Assembly: GCA_964016885.1 (NCBI GenBank)
Contig: OZ024740.1
Coordinates: forward strand, 87,048,001 to 87,112,000
DNA length: 64,000 nt
Direction of reading: 5' to 3'
DNA from: Eledone cirrhosa
Taxonomy: Eukaryota
A model generated the notes under the pieces. It was not told the DNA's origin. It did not search any database and saw nothing but the letters and a program-made list of their open reading frames with translations. A program made the position numbers and the translations under genes. Positions within the stretch are counted from its first letter, which is position 1, and the number at the start of each line of letters is the position of its first letter. Positions 27,271 through 40,140 of the stretch are shown piece after piece.

Positions 27271-28644
27271 CATATATATACACACACACATATACCTCAA
27301 CCACAGTGACATACTCCAGTATGGCCGGTCCACGCACCCCCATGCATGTGTATCTTTTCAATAGAGAGTCCATACACTCCACGTATCCCATCTTGTAACA
27401 CATATTATATTGTCTGTATATTTTCTGTATATCTCATGCTTCTCCTGTTTACTATCTTATACTATACACATTCCTCATTCTGTTTATATATCTCCATGGG
27501 ACGTTATACCTACACCTTTAATATATTGCATGTTTATTTTTTATATATGTGTATATACGTATGTGTATATATGGATGTGTATATATAGATATATGTGTGT
27601 GTGTATATATAGGTATATATGTGTATGATTGTATTGTTTATATATGTGCATGCTTATAACAAAATGCATCATTCATGCATGACCAATTGTATGACCCATT
27701 GTGTATCCTTATAAGGCCTTGTGTATATATTCTATTTGTGTATATATATATATATATGTGTGTGTATATATATATGTGTATGTGTATGTATGTATATGTA
27801 TGTGTGTGTGTGCATGTGTATATCTTTGTAGGCGTGCGTGGGCCTGTATGTGAATATGCGCATATTTGTATGAGCGTATATGAGCCAGTGTGTGTGTGTG
27901 TGTGTGTACAAGCACATAATGTAGCGAAAGGGCTTGTTGGTGTCTATATATGTATGTGTGTATGTGGGTATAGATATGTGTGTGTATATATATATATGTG
28001 TGTGTGTATATATATGTATATATATATACATATATATGTATGTGTGTGTGTATATATATATATATATAGATATACGTGTGTATGTATATATATATGTATG
28101 TGTGTGTATATATATATGTGTGTGCGTGTTTCCGAGCGAGTTTGTATCTGTGTCTGTATATGGGCATGTAGGCAGGCGTCTGTGTATGTGTATATCTATA
28201 GTTTTTTTCATATGTCCTCCTTAAGTGTGTGTGCGTGTGTGTGTGTATAGCGGGAGTCTATGCATACGGACGTTGTTTTCTTTGGGATTGTGTGTGTGTG
28301 TGTATATATATGTGTGTGAGTGCGCGCGTGGACGTGTGAACTACCAAACCCAGTAGTAACTCATCGAAGTGTGGCAGAATGGTCAGTCGAATTGGCACCT
28401 GTTAGTCAGATTTACGATGACGTAGAAAAGCAGCAGCCAATAACGGGACGCGCAAAGAGGATGTTTTTTTTATGCCAACACCCCAGTGAAAAAATTTGCT
28501 CCGAAAGCATTAGATGTGTCCAACAAGCCCGCAGGTCCAGAGTCAGACAAGATCCATGCAATGATCGTGTCTCGAGCTGTCCACCGGTGAAACAATTGTA
28601 ACACACACTAAATTGAGTTCAGATGCATCACTGATTTTTCGTTT

Positions 28645-28652
<8 letters not shown>
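26661..28652. repeat. ~2-kb fold-back made of two diverged inverted copies of a microsatellite-containing repeat
   Basis: 26661-26940 matches reverse complement of 28320-28652; 26975-27070 matches 28125-28235. Confidence 0.85.
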
Positions 28653-28704
<52 letters not shown>

Positions 28705-30031
28705 ATTATGGTAAACATACAGCAAATAACAAATAATTCACTAAGAATGTAAAATCATCAATCATAATTACAATAATTATCTTTCTCTAAGAGTAATTTC
28801 ATTAATGCAAATGACTATTTGTTATTTTCTATTTTTCTTATCCAAATATTTCTAAACAAACTCTTAGAAAATCCTTTCCTATTCTGCAACAGAATACCTT
28901 TCTTAATTGAGAATCAAGATAATTTACTGTAATCTAAGATTACTCAATGCTTGTGAAAGAAGAAGATATCAGAAGCTGAAAAGAATGTTCATTCTTTGTT
29001 CATTCTAGCAGCATTTTCTGGGTAGAAAATGTATTTTATTTTGCCAGACAAAAATATTCTATTATTATGTAGCAAATATTAATGACAAATATTAAATATT
29101 CTTTAATTTAATAAAATCAATGAAGAACATTATATTTAATAAAATTGAAATATTAACTTATTTGTTGAAGAGAAAATTATGATTGCATATGAAAGTAAAC
29201 ATTAAATAATGATGATGATGATAATTTCTATCATAGATACAGGGCCAAACATTTTGGGAGGAGCGAGCTATACAGTTATATCAACCTTAGAACTTGACTC
29301 ATCATCATCATCAATTTATCATTATCCCATTTCCAGTTACTTTATTTCATCAGTCATGGAAGTTAAAGTTGCCAGAATTTGAAATCAGAACATAAAGAGC
29401 CAAAATAAATACTGGAAAGCATGATAGTAGGCACAAGGTTAGATTAACAAATTCTGGTCGTCGCAGGAGAATAGTAAATTAAATAGACTTGAGTAATTAA
29501 TAGGTATATTATTTTACTGACTCCAGAAGGAAATATGAAATTCATAGTTGACCATTGCCAGGATTTAAACTCAGAGCTTATAGAGCCAGAACAAATAATG
29601 AAAGGCAATAAAATGCATTCTATTATTTAATAGTTCTGCATATTCCCTGTCTAATGATGATGTAGTTAGAACCTTGAAGGTATTTAATTTTGAAATTAAC
29701 TCAGTTTGATGTGCATCTAGTTTAGAGTAGTTTCACTGTAACTCAACATGTTGAAAGAGGTGACTAAAACCGTTGACACAAGGAAGGGGATCCTGCAATA
29801 AAACACAGCCATGGAAAGTATACAATCATGAGTACTAAGCTCATTCTAGGGTCTGCAAAGTGAAATCCTGATTTAGTAAGGAAAATGGCAATAAAACATT
29901 TGTTATATTGCAGCTAGTTCAGAGGGACCCCCCCCCCCCAAAAAAAAACACCCACTAGTGATAGAAACAAACAAATATTAGAATTCTCACAAACCAAAAA
30001 TAGAGCAATAAAAAATAAAAGAGATTCTTAC

Positions 30032-30358
30032 AAGATATACTAAGTTGTACAACAGTTTCAAGGGGAGGGCCCTGCACAGCATCATTGGAAGCTTGACAAC
30101 TCAGTAAAGCATCGTTGTAATTGAATTTGGGTCTGTATGTAAGAACACTTATTGCCGTTGAAAGTTTCGCTCCAGGTTTTGTCTTCGTCCGGTAGGAAAT
30201 GCTTGATGTAATTTTTTCGCCATCCTTGAACCAATCTAAACGAGCAGCAGGACGGCCATTATGTGCTACACATTCCAATTTTATCTCATCTTGTGTGTAC
30301 GGGATTTCAATAACTGAGCCATTACTGTGTCCAACTATTTCAGGAACATCGGGAGGGA
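30032..30358 (-). CDS. Nephrin-like gene, exon encoding Ig domain 2
   Basis: Poly-T AG acceptor, GTaag donor; 327 nt, phase 1/1; PPDVPEI...LECVAHNGRPAARLDWFKDG...CQASNDAVQGPPLETVVQLSIS; in frame with neighbouring exons. Confidence 0.92.
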
Positions 30359-30454
30359 CTAAAAAAAATGACAGAAACACATTAACAATTCATATATATC
30401 TCACAAATATATCAGCAAAACTTCAAACTAAATCCATCAATAATAAAATATATT

Positions 30455-30533
30455 AAACACACACATATAAACAAACATATTATATAAATATACATAACTG
30501 CATACATACATACACACACATAAATATGTATAT

Positions 30534-30588
<55 letters not shown>

Positions 30589-30757
30589 CATACACACACA
30601 CACACACATACACATACAAATATGTACGCACACACATATACATATATATATATATACATATATATATATAAATACATACATACATATATATATACATATA
30701 CATATATATATATATAAATTTACATACATATATATATCATCAACATCATTATCATAC

Positions 30758-30806
<49 letters not shown>

Positions 30807-30907
30807 GCATATATATATATATATACATACATATATATACATATATATACATACATATATACACATATATATACATACATATATACATACATATATATAC
30901 ATATATA

Positions 30908-30940
<33 letters not shown>

Positions 30941-30942
30941 GT
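30455..30942. repeat. Compound (TA)n/(CA)n/(TACA)n microsatellite; similar tracts at 33130-33620, 35050-35235, 58845-58930, 60930-61020, 63115-63175, 63280-63325
   Basis: Directly visible simple repeats. Confidence 0.95.
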
Positions 30943-31241
30943 ATTCAGTTATTTTACCCGAGAAAATATTGGTGTGTGTCATCAAATGTTGTACACACAT
31001 AGATATTTTTTCAATTTCCAATTGAGTTCTTAGCACGTGGCCTGAATTCCTTTCAGAGTTCATTGTCACGCACATGTATTGTTTTTATTGGCGGTAATTC
31101 ACTTCCTCATTTTTTTAATCAGTTCGAGCACTTCTTTCAGAACTGCTGGACTGGCTACCTGACAGATACCTCAGGCACAGAAAGTGATTATCGCTAAATG
31201 CTGATGTTGGTTAGATTATCAATATTAGTATTATTGGGGCA

Positions 31242-31368
31242 CCCACTGATGAATTATAGGAGCCCACTTGAATATATATCTATTGATGGTATACAAGCTC
31301 CTACATAAATTGGTATAATTTCACCCAAATTGTAGGAGTCCTATAATGAAACGAGACGTCCGTCTGGG
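31242..31368 (+). ncRNA. Type I hammerhead ribozyme fold with expanded stem II
   Basis: CCCA-CUGAUGA-AUUAUAGGA...UCCUAUAAU-GAAA-CG(AGACGUC)CG-UC-UGGG; GUC cleavage triplet. Confidence 0.75.
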
Positions 31369-31715
31369 AAGAGATATATTAGATATGTCTCATTTGAAAT
31401 AATACAGCCAATTTTCCACGCAATACTTTTAGTTAGCACCCCGAACACATAATTGGGAATATAATCACTTATTTCCTAATGTTTGTTGAGTGAGTTGAAA
31501 TTTGGCCGGAGTATCGCTAAAAAGCTTTCTCCGATATTGTATTTATTATATATATATATATATATTTATTAAAATAACAGATTAAAGTTTAAGCAAAGAA
31601 TTGCTGCTTTCACCCTTAACGGGGTCTTCTGAAACTAACAGAGTCAATCTGTGAACACAGAAGTGAATATTTCAAAAAACGTTGCAACCGGAGGAAGACA
31701 GGAAGATGATACTTT

Positions 31716-31997
31716 GGTTCATGGAAACATTCCCTGGCAAAGAACGGGAAAAAACGAATATAATACGTCATTATTTGGAGCGGTGAAAAACAATTACACG
31801 CAAAGACAAAACCACGTCTATGATATAAAAGAAGTCATAGACTAATATTCTCTTAGGTGGTTCATAGAGACGTTCTCTGGCAATGAACGGAAAAAAGGAA
31901 GATAATACGTCATATGTGGAGTGTGGAGAACAATTGCACGCAAAGACAAAACCACGTAAATGGTATAACTGAAGTCGTAGACTAAAATTCTAACTAG
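31716..31997 (+). repeat. Diverged tandem dimer, ~142-bp unit
   Basis: ggttcat.ga.ac.tt..ctggcaa.gaacgg...cacgcaaagacaaaaccacgt...tagactaa occurs twice. Confidence 0.75.
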
Positions 31998-32241
31998 GAA
32001 ACCGAATGATTCTCCGCTTCAGAGTTAAGAATAAAGTAAATAAAATACAGAGGTAATTGAAATTAAATAAATACATACACGCATCCAAATACGTACATAC
32101 ACAAGCATACATTTGATATATATTTATCCTTATCGAGCCCTCTTTGGATTTTATAGTCTTCAAATTTATTATTATTACTATATATATATATATATAGTGA
32201 TGAAACATAAGTCAATTGCATGAACTCATAATCCTTTATTT

Positions 32242-32305
32242 ACTGCTATATATATATATATATTTCGATGATAGCCATTGAATGGCTATGACCTCATCAG
32301 GCAGT
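32242..32305 (-). ncRNA. Type I hammerhead ribozyme fold, sense to host pre-mRNA
   Basis: ACUGC-CUGAUGA-[GGUCAUAGCCAUUCAAUGGCUAUCAUC]-GAAA-(UA)7-UA-GCAGU. Confidence 0.75.
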
Positions 32306-33809
32306 TAGTCAGTTCTTAGATATGCCAGCTCTGTGTGTATAGTGTTGATGGTATCAGAGCCTTGGGACATATGAGCTTGTTAGGAATATTTATTACATAA
32401 ACAATTATTACATAACACAACACATTCTTACTCTATATCACCTTGTAAAAACCCTTCGTAAACATATACATTTTTTTTGACGTTAGATTATTCATTATTC
32501 TTTTCTCCCCTTCATCTAACTCATTATTCTCAATACATATTAACTCTTTCTTTTTCTTCGCACATATTATCAAACCCCTCAATATACAAACCTTAACTTT
32601 ACATTATTTTTCTCTTCGTTAATTTTCAAATTCTTTTAATTTATACATTATCTTCCAACGGTTTTTCAACCTCTCTATGTAAAACAATATATTTTTCTCA
32701 GTTATAAAAGCTATCTCTCTGTCTCTATCACCCATCTCTCCTCCTATCTCATCCTTCCTCATTATACTCCTCCCTCTCCACCTTCACTCTCATCTCCTCC
32801 TTTCTTTCATCCTTGCCCCCCCCCCCCCCTCTAAATAAAATATTTTTCCCAATATCACACATCAATCTAAAACCACTTCTGATTTAAAACTGAATTATCC
32901 ACAAGTGTTTTTTAACCTTCATATCATGTCCTCCTGTTTTATCTGATGAAAACACAAATATTATTGTTATATATTTGTTTTTGAAATGCGCATAATAAAA
33001 TACATGAAACTCTTTTAACCATCTTTTGTTCTTATATATTATGTATACTCCAGTCCTACAAACTGTAGAGTGCTTCTTATCCGATATCTGCATTGCTTTA
33101 TTGTACTACAATAAAACTCACCTCCTACATTATATATATATATATACAGATACATACATATATATATATACATATATATTCATATACATACATATATATA
33201 CATATATATACATATATATTCATATACATACATATATATTCATATACATACATATATATATATACATATATATACATATATATACATATATATATATATA
33301 TATGTATTTGAATATATATATATATATATATGTATGTATATGAATATATATATATATAAGTATGTATATGTATATATATGTATATATATATATATATGTA
33401 TGTATCTGTATATATATATATGTATGTATCTGTATATATATATATGTATGTATATGTATATGTATCTGTATATATATATATGTATGTATATGTATATATA
33501 AATATGTATATATACATATACATACATATATGTATGTATATGTATTTATATGTATACATATATATGTATATATATATATAAATATGTATTTATATGTATA
33601 CATATATATGTATATATATATCTGTAGAAATCAAGCCAGATCAGTTCCTGTATGAGCAAGGCATGGTCAGCCGACCAGACACTGCCCACAACAGGACAAC
33701 CCGTCTAACCCATGCTAGCGTGGAAGAACGAACGTAAAACGGTGATGATGATGATGATGATGATATATATGTATATATAAATATGTATATATATAAATAT
33801 ATTTATGTC

Positions 33810-34420
33810 TGTCAGGTCACCAGTTGGTGCTACTGGTAACATGTATCCCAGTACAACCTGTCTCATGGTCGGGTCGTTGGCGACTAAACTGGCAACCCCA
33901 CCAAGGTTTTTTGGTGAGGCGGGTGACTTTGGACATCCTGCAGGACTAAAAACAAGACCTGTCAAAGGGCAAAGGAGCTCTTAAGAGTCAATGGCCATCC
34001 AAAATCACCGGGAGAGATGACCCCTTAGCCTTTGTCAAGGCAGAATTCTAGGAGAAGCTAAAACTCTGATATAACACCTGCAACCCTGATGCTATCCAAT
34101 GATGTTGACTTGTTCTTCTTTTTGGTGAATATCATCTTGGTTAAGAGAGTGGGACTGCCTTTGTGCAGTGACTTTGCTCACTATAAAAGCTTCACGGCAC
34201 AGGGATTGCTTTATATCTGGAGATCTCTCTGCACTTGTCATCACATGGTACCATGGGCCCAGCACTATGTGCCAATAATTGTCACAAGTGTATTGTTTGT
34301 ACCATAGTTTTCAAGTCGTTGGCTGGACTAAAAAGTCACACTCGTTCAGCGCATCGGTAGGTGTTCTCCTACATGAATATAAAGTAGTGTCCGTACTCGA
34401 AAACGAGTTGGCAGCCACCA
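33810..34420 (+). mobile_element. ~610-bp non-coding interspersed repeat (SINE-like, possibly RTE-derived)
   Basis: Closely similar inverted copy at 40141-40750, partial copy at 34885-35047; 3' hairpin actcg-aaaa-cgagt; lies in TA tracts. Confidence 0.8.
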
Positions 34421-34444
34421 TACATATATATATACACATATACA

Positions 34445-34795
34445 TGATGGCTGTCCCCTCGTTATCGAGTATGGCCATTGCATGATATAATATTATTAAT
34501 AATTATTAATTAATTCTATCGTAAAATGCCTGTGCGTGAAGATATTTTTTAAAGTGAGGAAAGACTGAGCCAATGCCACTCTCTGAGCGACAGTAGCTAT
34601 AACCTGAAAAGAAGAAAAGATCAACATCATCGGTTACTATTGTGCCGCAGATTTTATATCGGAGTTATCCCAGTTTCCTGAATTGCCTTCTCCTAGAAGA
34701 ATGCCCTGACAAATGCTAGGGGTCCTTCACTAGGGGTCCAGTGGTTTAACCGCACGATTAGGTGTCCAGCCTGACTATTTCTATGTCCCTCCGCA
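34445..34795 (-). mobile_element. Diverged relative of the ~610-bp repeat, tail-to-tail with it
   Basis: Shares ctaggagaag, gatgttga..ttcttctttt and the ggccatactcga.aacgag..g.cagcca.ca terminus. Confidence 0.6.
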
Positions 34796-35162
34796 TATAC
34801 ATACACATGCACCCATGTATATACACATATACATACATATGTAAATGTGTATATATACATATTTACACACTTTTGGATGGATGTTGACTCTTATGAGTTC
34901 TTCCGCCCTTTGTCAGGTTTTGTGTTTTGTCCTGCAGGGTGTGCAAGTAAACTTAGTGGGGTTGCCGGTCTAGTCGCCGACGACCCAGCAATGCAACAGG
35001 TTGTACTGGGTTACATGTTACCAGTAGTACTCAAGAGTCACCCGACATACACATAAACATACATATATATATACATACATATACATACATACATATATAC
35101 ACACATATACATACATACATATATACACACATATACATACATACATATATACACACATATAC

Positions 35163-35207
<45 letters not shown>

Positions 35208-35337
35208 CACATACACATATACACATATATATATGAACTTATAACATGAAGTTCATATGAAGATATGTCACTATCTTTACACCAATTATTATTATATATA
35301 TATATATACACACATTATTATATATATATACACACCA

Positions 35338-35525
35338 TTAGGATTGGCAGTACCGGTAGAGAGTCGACCACTATGCTTTCCAGCATAGTTATGTCACTTT
35401 ATGGTCTGAGTTCAAATCCTGCCGAGGTTAACTTTGCCTTTCATCCTTACGGGGTCGATAAAATAAAGTACCAGTAATGTACTGGGTAATTGCTGGCCTT
35501 GTGCCAAAAGTAGAAACAATTATTA
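35338..35525 (+). mobile_element. tRNA-derived SINE; other copies at ~7920-8070(+), 37590-37768(-), 46450-46543(+), 50340-50527(-), 58928-59092(-)
   Basis: A-box-like tggcagtaccggtag, B-box gagttcaaatcc, conserved body gcctttcatccttacggggtcgataaaataaagtaccag, AT-rich tail. Confidence 0.85.
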
Positions 35526-35831
35526 TATATATATACCAATTATTATATATATACACACATATACATACATACATGTTAGCTGCCGAGACACTGCATCCTT
35601 TAAAACCCTCATGCTTCCCGAAATTCACCAAAACTACACCTGATGTACCCCTTCCATACACATGCACACGTGTATATCATGACTCATGCACTGTTAATTT
35701 TCCTGACGTTTGTACATTACCCTATGTACTATACATACACTTTTTGATGAGTTGTAGTCCACCTGAGCACTGTACACAATATTTCATTATTATTATTATT
35801 ATGTATATACACATATACACATACATATATA

Positions 35832-37010
35832 CAATTCCAAACATGGAAGCAGAGACTAGAAAGAAAGGGTCTCAAAGTCAACCTGACAAAGACTAAGGTC
35901 CTTGTAAGTAGACTAGAAAACAGAACCCAGATCCCCTCAGGGAAATGGCCTTGCTCAGTATGTAGGAAAGGTGTAGGTAGGAACTCCATTCTCTGCCCCA
36001 AATGCAAACAATGGGTACACAAGAGATGTAGCAGGATCTCAGGAAGCTTAATTAAGAATGTAGGCTTCACATGCAGCAGCTGTGCTGGGACAGCAAGCAG
36101 CAAACAGCCACAGGAAAACAAGTACCACCAATCTCTGGGAGGGCTATGTAGAAACAGTAGACAGCTTCTGCTACCTAGATGACCAAATTAGCAGCGGAGG
36201 TGGGTGTTCAGAAAGTACAATAACTAGGGTAAGAACGGGATGGAAGAAGTTTAGGGAACTACTACCACCGCTAGCTGCAAAAGGCTTCTCCCTCAAAATG
36301 AAAGACAGACTATGATGCATGTATCCGAACAGCGATGTTGCATGGTAGTGAGACCTGGGCGCTGAAGGTGGAAGACTTACGTAGATTAGAAAGAAACAAA
36401 GCCTGTATGCTCCGATGGATGTGTAATAGTAATATACGCGAATGACAAAGCATAAATGAATTGAGAGAGAGACTGAGCATAAGAGGAATCAAATGCTGTG
36501 TGCAGGAGAGGCGGTTGCGTTGGTATGGACATGTGATGCGTATGAAGGATGACAGCTGCATAAAAAGGTGCAGAGCACTAGAAGTCGATGGAAACCGCGG
36601 AGTGGGGAGACCCAAGATGACCTGGGATGAGGTGATAAAAGCCGACCTTACCCAATTACACCTCTGACATCACGCAGTAATACAGAGTACCCGACCTCTC
36701 ATAGGTACAAGCTGAAGCATATAGACAATATGCCCCCACACCCCCCACTGCAAGGTGGTCGTGGAGGTGCCACGGCAAAAAAGCACCCAGCCCACACTGT
36801 AAAGTGGACATGTAGGCACCACGAAAAAGCACCCAGCACTCACTGTAAATGAGGTTGGTGTTAGGAAGGGCATCCAGCTGTAGAAATCAAGCCAAATCAG
36901 TTCCTGTATGAGCAAGGCATGGTCAGCCGACCAGACACTGCCCACAACAGGACAACCCGTCTAACCCATGCTAGCGTGGAAGAACGGACGTAAAACGGTG
37001 ATGATGATGA
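35832..37010 (+). mobile_element. 5'-truncated RTE LINE, third subfamily (copy C), with 3' module and (GAT)n tail
   Basis: FQTWKQRLERKGLKVNLTKTK..., FCYLD, RRLRWYGHV, GRPKMTW; its 3' module recurs at 43170-43528. Confidence 0.9.
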
Positions 37011-37081
37011 TTTTCCATTTATTAATATTATTGATATTATATATATATATATTGGAAAATGTGAAAGATCTTTGGTACTGT

Positions 37082-37848
37082 TAGGTATATTTGAAAAAAA
37101 AGGAAAAGAGTGACTTCACTTGTAGTTCTAAGCAATTTGATTTAATTTTATAATATTATAAGTTGGTATATTTAGTAAGTTCTTTGTTAACTTCAGTGGG
37201 AAGATTTTTAAAGATTCCTGGTTAACTTTCCTGCAGAACTTTCTCGCATTTGTCGATGGGGATTGTCAAACTGAGGTCAGGTTGGGTTGTGATGTCTGAC
37301 TCTATATATAAGATGGGTGTGTGTGTGTGTATGCTTTAATTCCTTTAAATCTTCATCAACACTCCACTCCCACACTTATTAACCCCCCCCCCCCCCACAC
37401 ACACACACACAAACATCCAAATCTTTCTTATATATAGAGTCACACATCACAATATAACCTGATCTCAGCTTGACAATCACCACCGACGAATACGAGAAAG
37501 TTCTCCAGGAAAGTTAACCAGGAATCTTTAAAAATCTTCCCACCGAAGTTATCAAAAAACTTACTAGATCTACCAACTCATAATAATATAATTGTTTCTA
37601 CTTTAGGCACAAGGCCAGCAATTACCAGTGCATTACTGGTACTTTATTTTATCGACCCCGTAAGGATGAAAGGCAAAGTCAACCTCGGCGGGATTTGAAC
37701 TCAGATGGTAAAGGGACGTAACTATGCTGGAAAGCATGGCGTCCGACCCTCTACCGATACTGCCAATAATAATATAATATTATAAAATTAAATCAAATTG
37801 TTTAGAACTACAAGTGAAGTCATTCTTTTCCTTTTTTTCAAATATATA
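37082..37848. repeat. Inverted repeat with ~230-bp arms; right arm interrupted by a SINE
   Basis: 37082-37313 matches reverse complement of 37425-37590 plus 37770-37848. Confidence 0.85.
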
Positions 37849-38432
37849 TATATATAATATTAATTTATACTGCTCAGAAGCGATTCCTAGAGCTGAAACG
37901 ATTGTAAATGACCTCTTTGAGTCTAAACTCTAAGCTATTTATCACTGCTCCCCCAGGTGAGTTGAATTTTGTAATCCCATATAAACGGCTGTTATTTCTA
38001 GCACTATGTGTGGGACGTTAGAGGACTGGAATAAGCCGTGTGCAAAACCTCGTGTATTTTCGCTACGCTAACCAGACCTTAGATATTTTTCTGAGGTTGA
38101 GTTATTTTATTTTTATCTGGGTACCTATTGATAAACACAGAAAAAGTTGATTAACTCACTGCTAATTAGTTAATTATTTTACTATTATACCATCCTTTGT
38201 GAAACATGTTTGAAGTTTGAAGTTCTGACCGATCTGCAGAAAAAGTTTGTATTTTGAATTTTTAACGTGTCTAGGTACCAAGGCTTTTTGCCCATATGAG
38301 TCTGTGAGTATTGATTTATTATTTTCTAGATCGTACAGGCAGACCTTATGTTGTTGAATTAAGATTTTTCACTCTAGCGATCTTATTAGTCAATTGCAAC
38401 TATAACATGTAAATGTTCATCAAATATTAATT

Positions 38433-38472
<40 letters not shown>

Positions 38473-39702
38473 TACGTACATATATATATATATTCATATA
38501 GACACACACACAAAACATATTTGTTGTTAAATAATTACTAATTTTAGTAAATCTCTTAAAATTCTTTATTAACTACTTCAAATAGAATGTATTTCATTAG
38601 AACTGTGTTTTTGAAATGGTTAAGCGAAGTACAAGATATGTAGCATATGAGTAGACCAAATTTGAAATATTTGTCAAACAGTTTGCTAAGTATTTTAGCA
38701 ATAAATTCTAAATTCATATGATATATGGGTAGGTTACACGTAGTTATGTGTAAAATTGTGGAGCCATGCTAACTGTTCTACCTGCCTCACACGGCCTCCT
38801 CTCATATGGCCTGCATATATGCAATGTGAGACTACAACCTTGTAATGGTCTATGACCAAAAGTGTATCATAAAATGAATACGTTTGATTGAACAGACTGT
38901 ATTTTGGAGACTAGTAAGTAAATTATTGTATAATTTATGGGAGCATTTAGAATTTGCAAATGGTTATAAATTGTGTGAGATAACTTCAATGTAGAGTTAT
39001 TAATTTGTTGTTTGTTTATAAGGAATATATAGAGCATTTCATTTTTATTCTTGTACTTGAATAAATAGACATATAAAACATTAAAAAATTGTTAAAAATA
39101 TACTGAATAATGTATTTCTTAAGACATTTATTGAAGCATTAAAATATTTTTTCCAAACTGGGTGAAGAAATTATCAAATAAGGTACACACTGAATGTTGA
39201 CCTTAAATGCAAAGATTTATAATTTGTCTTATAAAGCAGGCCTGTCACCTTAAGTGCTGTTACATTCAGCAGAGAGTTTTATTTAGCAAGAAAAGATTTT
39301 AAATCGGAGAATAATAAAAATTTCTGACATTTAGAGAAGTCTGTACATTTGTATAAATTATGTCAGAGGAGAATGTTTGATATTTTTTCAAGAAAATAAT
39401 TCTCAGTGATTGATAGTTTTATAAATCAGATTATCTTATAAACCCTGAACGTTAACTTTTATTTAGAAAAATTCTTTTTTTTATTATTGGGCAGCAGTGA
39501 GGGTGCTTTAAGCATTCTACACTGATCCCCATAAAATTGTTAATAACATTAAATCTACAAACAATATAGACTTAGGGAGAAAACAGAAAACCATAAAAAC
39601 AAAATCAAGTTCATCTATCAGATACAGTAAAAATATCAAAACAATTCATCAAATTGGTTGTGAATAAAAGCAAAATCTATGCAATGTAATTATATCACTT
39701 AC

Positions 39703-39882
39703 TATGAACTGTGAGATAAGCTGATGCCATTAAAGCTGGATTACCAGGTGTTGGTAACACCTGACACTGGTATTCTGTATCATCACGTAATTCCACATTA
39801 GTTATCATCAGATTGTATTCTCCGAGGTCTAAATTGCCAACAACTTCATAACGAGAAAAACCAGGAATTGATTGATCATAAC
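39703..39882 (-). CDS. Nephrin/SYG-2-like Ig-superfamily gene, exon encoding second half of first Ig domain
   Basis: ttttgcAG acceptor and GTaagt donor; 180 nt, phase 1/1; GYDQSIPGFSRYEVVGNLDLGEYNLMITNVELRDDTEYQCQVLPTPGNPALMASAYLTVH with the DxxxYxCQV Ig motif. Confidence 0.9.
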
Positions 39883-40140
39883 CTGCAAAATAAATAAATA
39901 AGAAAAAATATTCTTGAGCCATATTGTTAAATAATATACATGGAAAGAGACACAGACTATATATAACATATTCATATTCATATATATATACATACATTAG
40001 CACACATACTTATATACACACACACACACACACATATATATATACACACTGTCCAGTGTTTCACCCATTTTTCTGTTGTCTTTGCCCACCTCTTTTTATT
40101 CACGCAGAAGTTTTTTCAAATTTATATATATATATATATA

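Noticed and set aside
26707-28250. Many long ORFs rich in Y/I/H/T/C/V (also 30412-31075, 33026-33655, 35018-35311)
   Set aside because: Translations of (TA)n/(CA)n microsatellites, not genes
35338-35430. tRNA-like A/B boxes
   Set aside because: No full cloverleaf; multi-copy SINE head
37860-38400. Possible Penelope coding relic (also 32700-33110)
   Set aside because: Only faint motif similarity by eye; needs a frameshift-aware search
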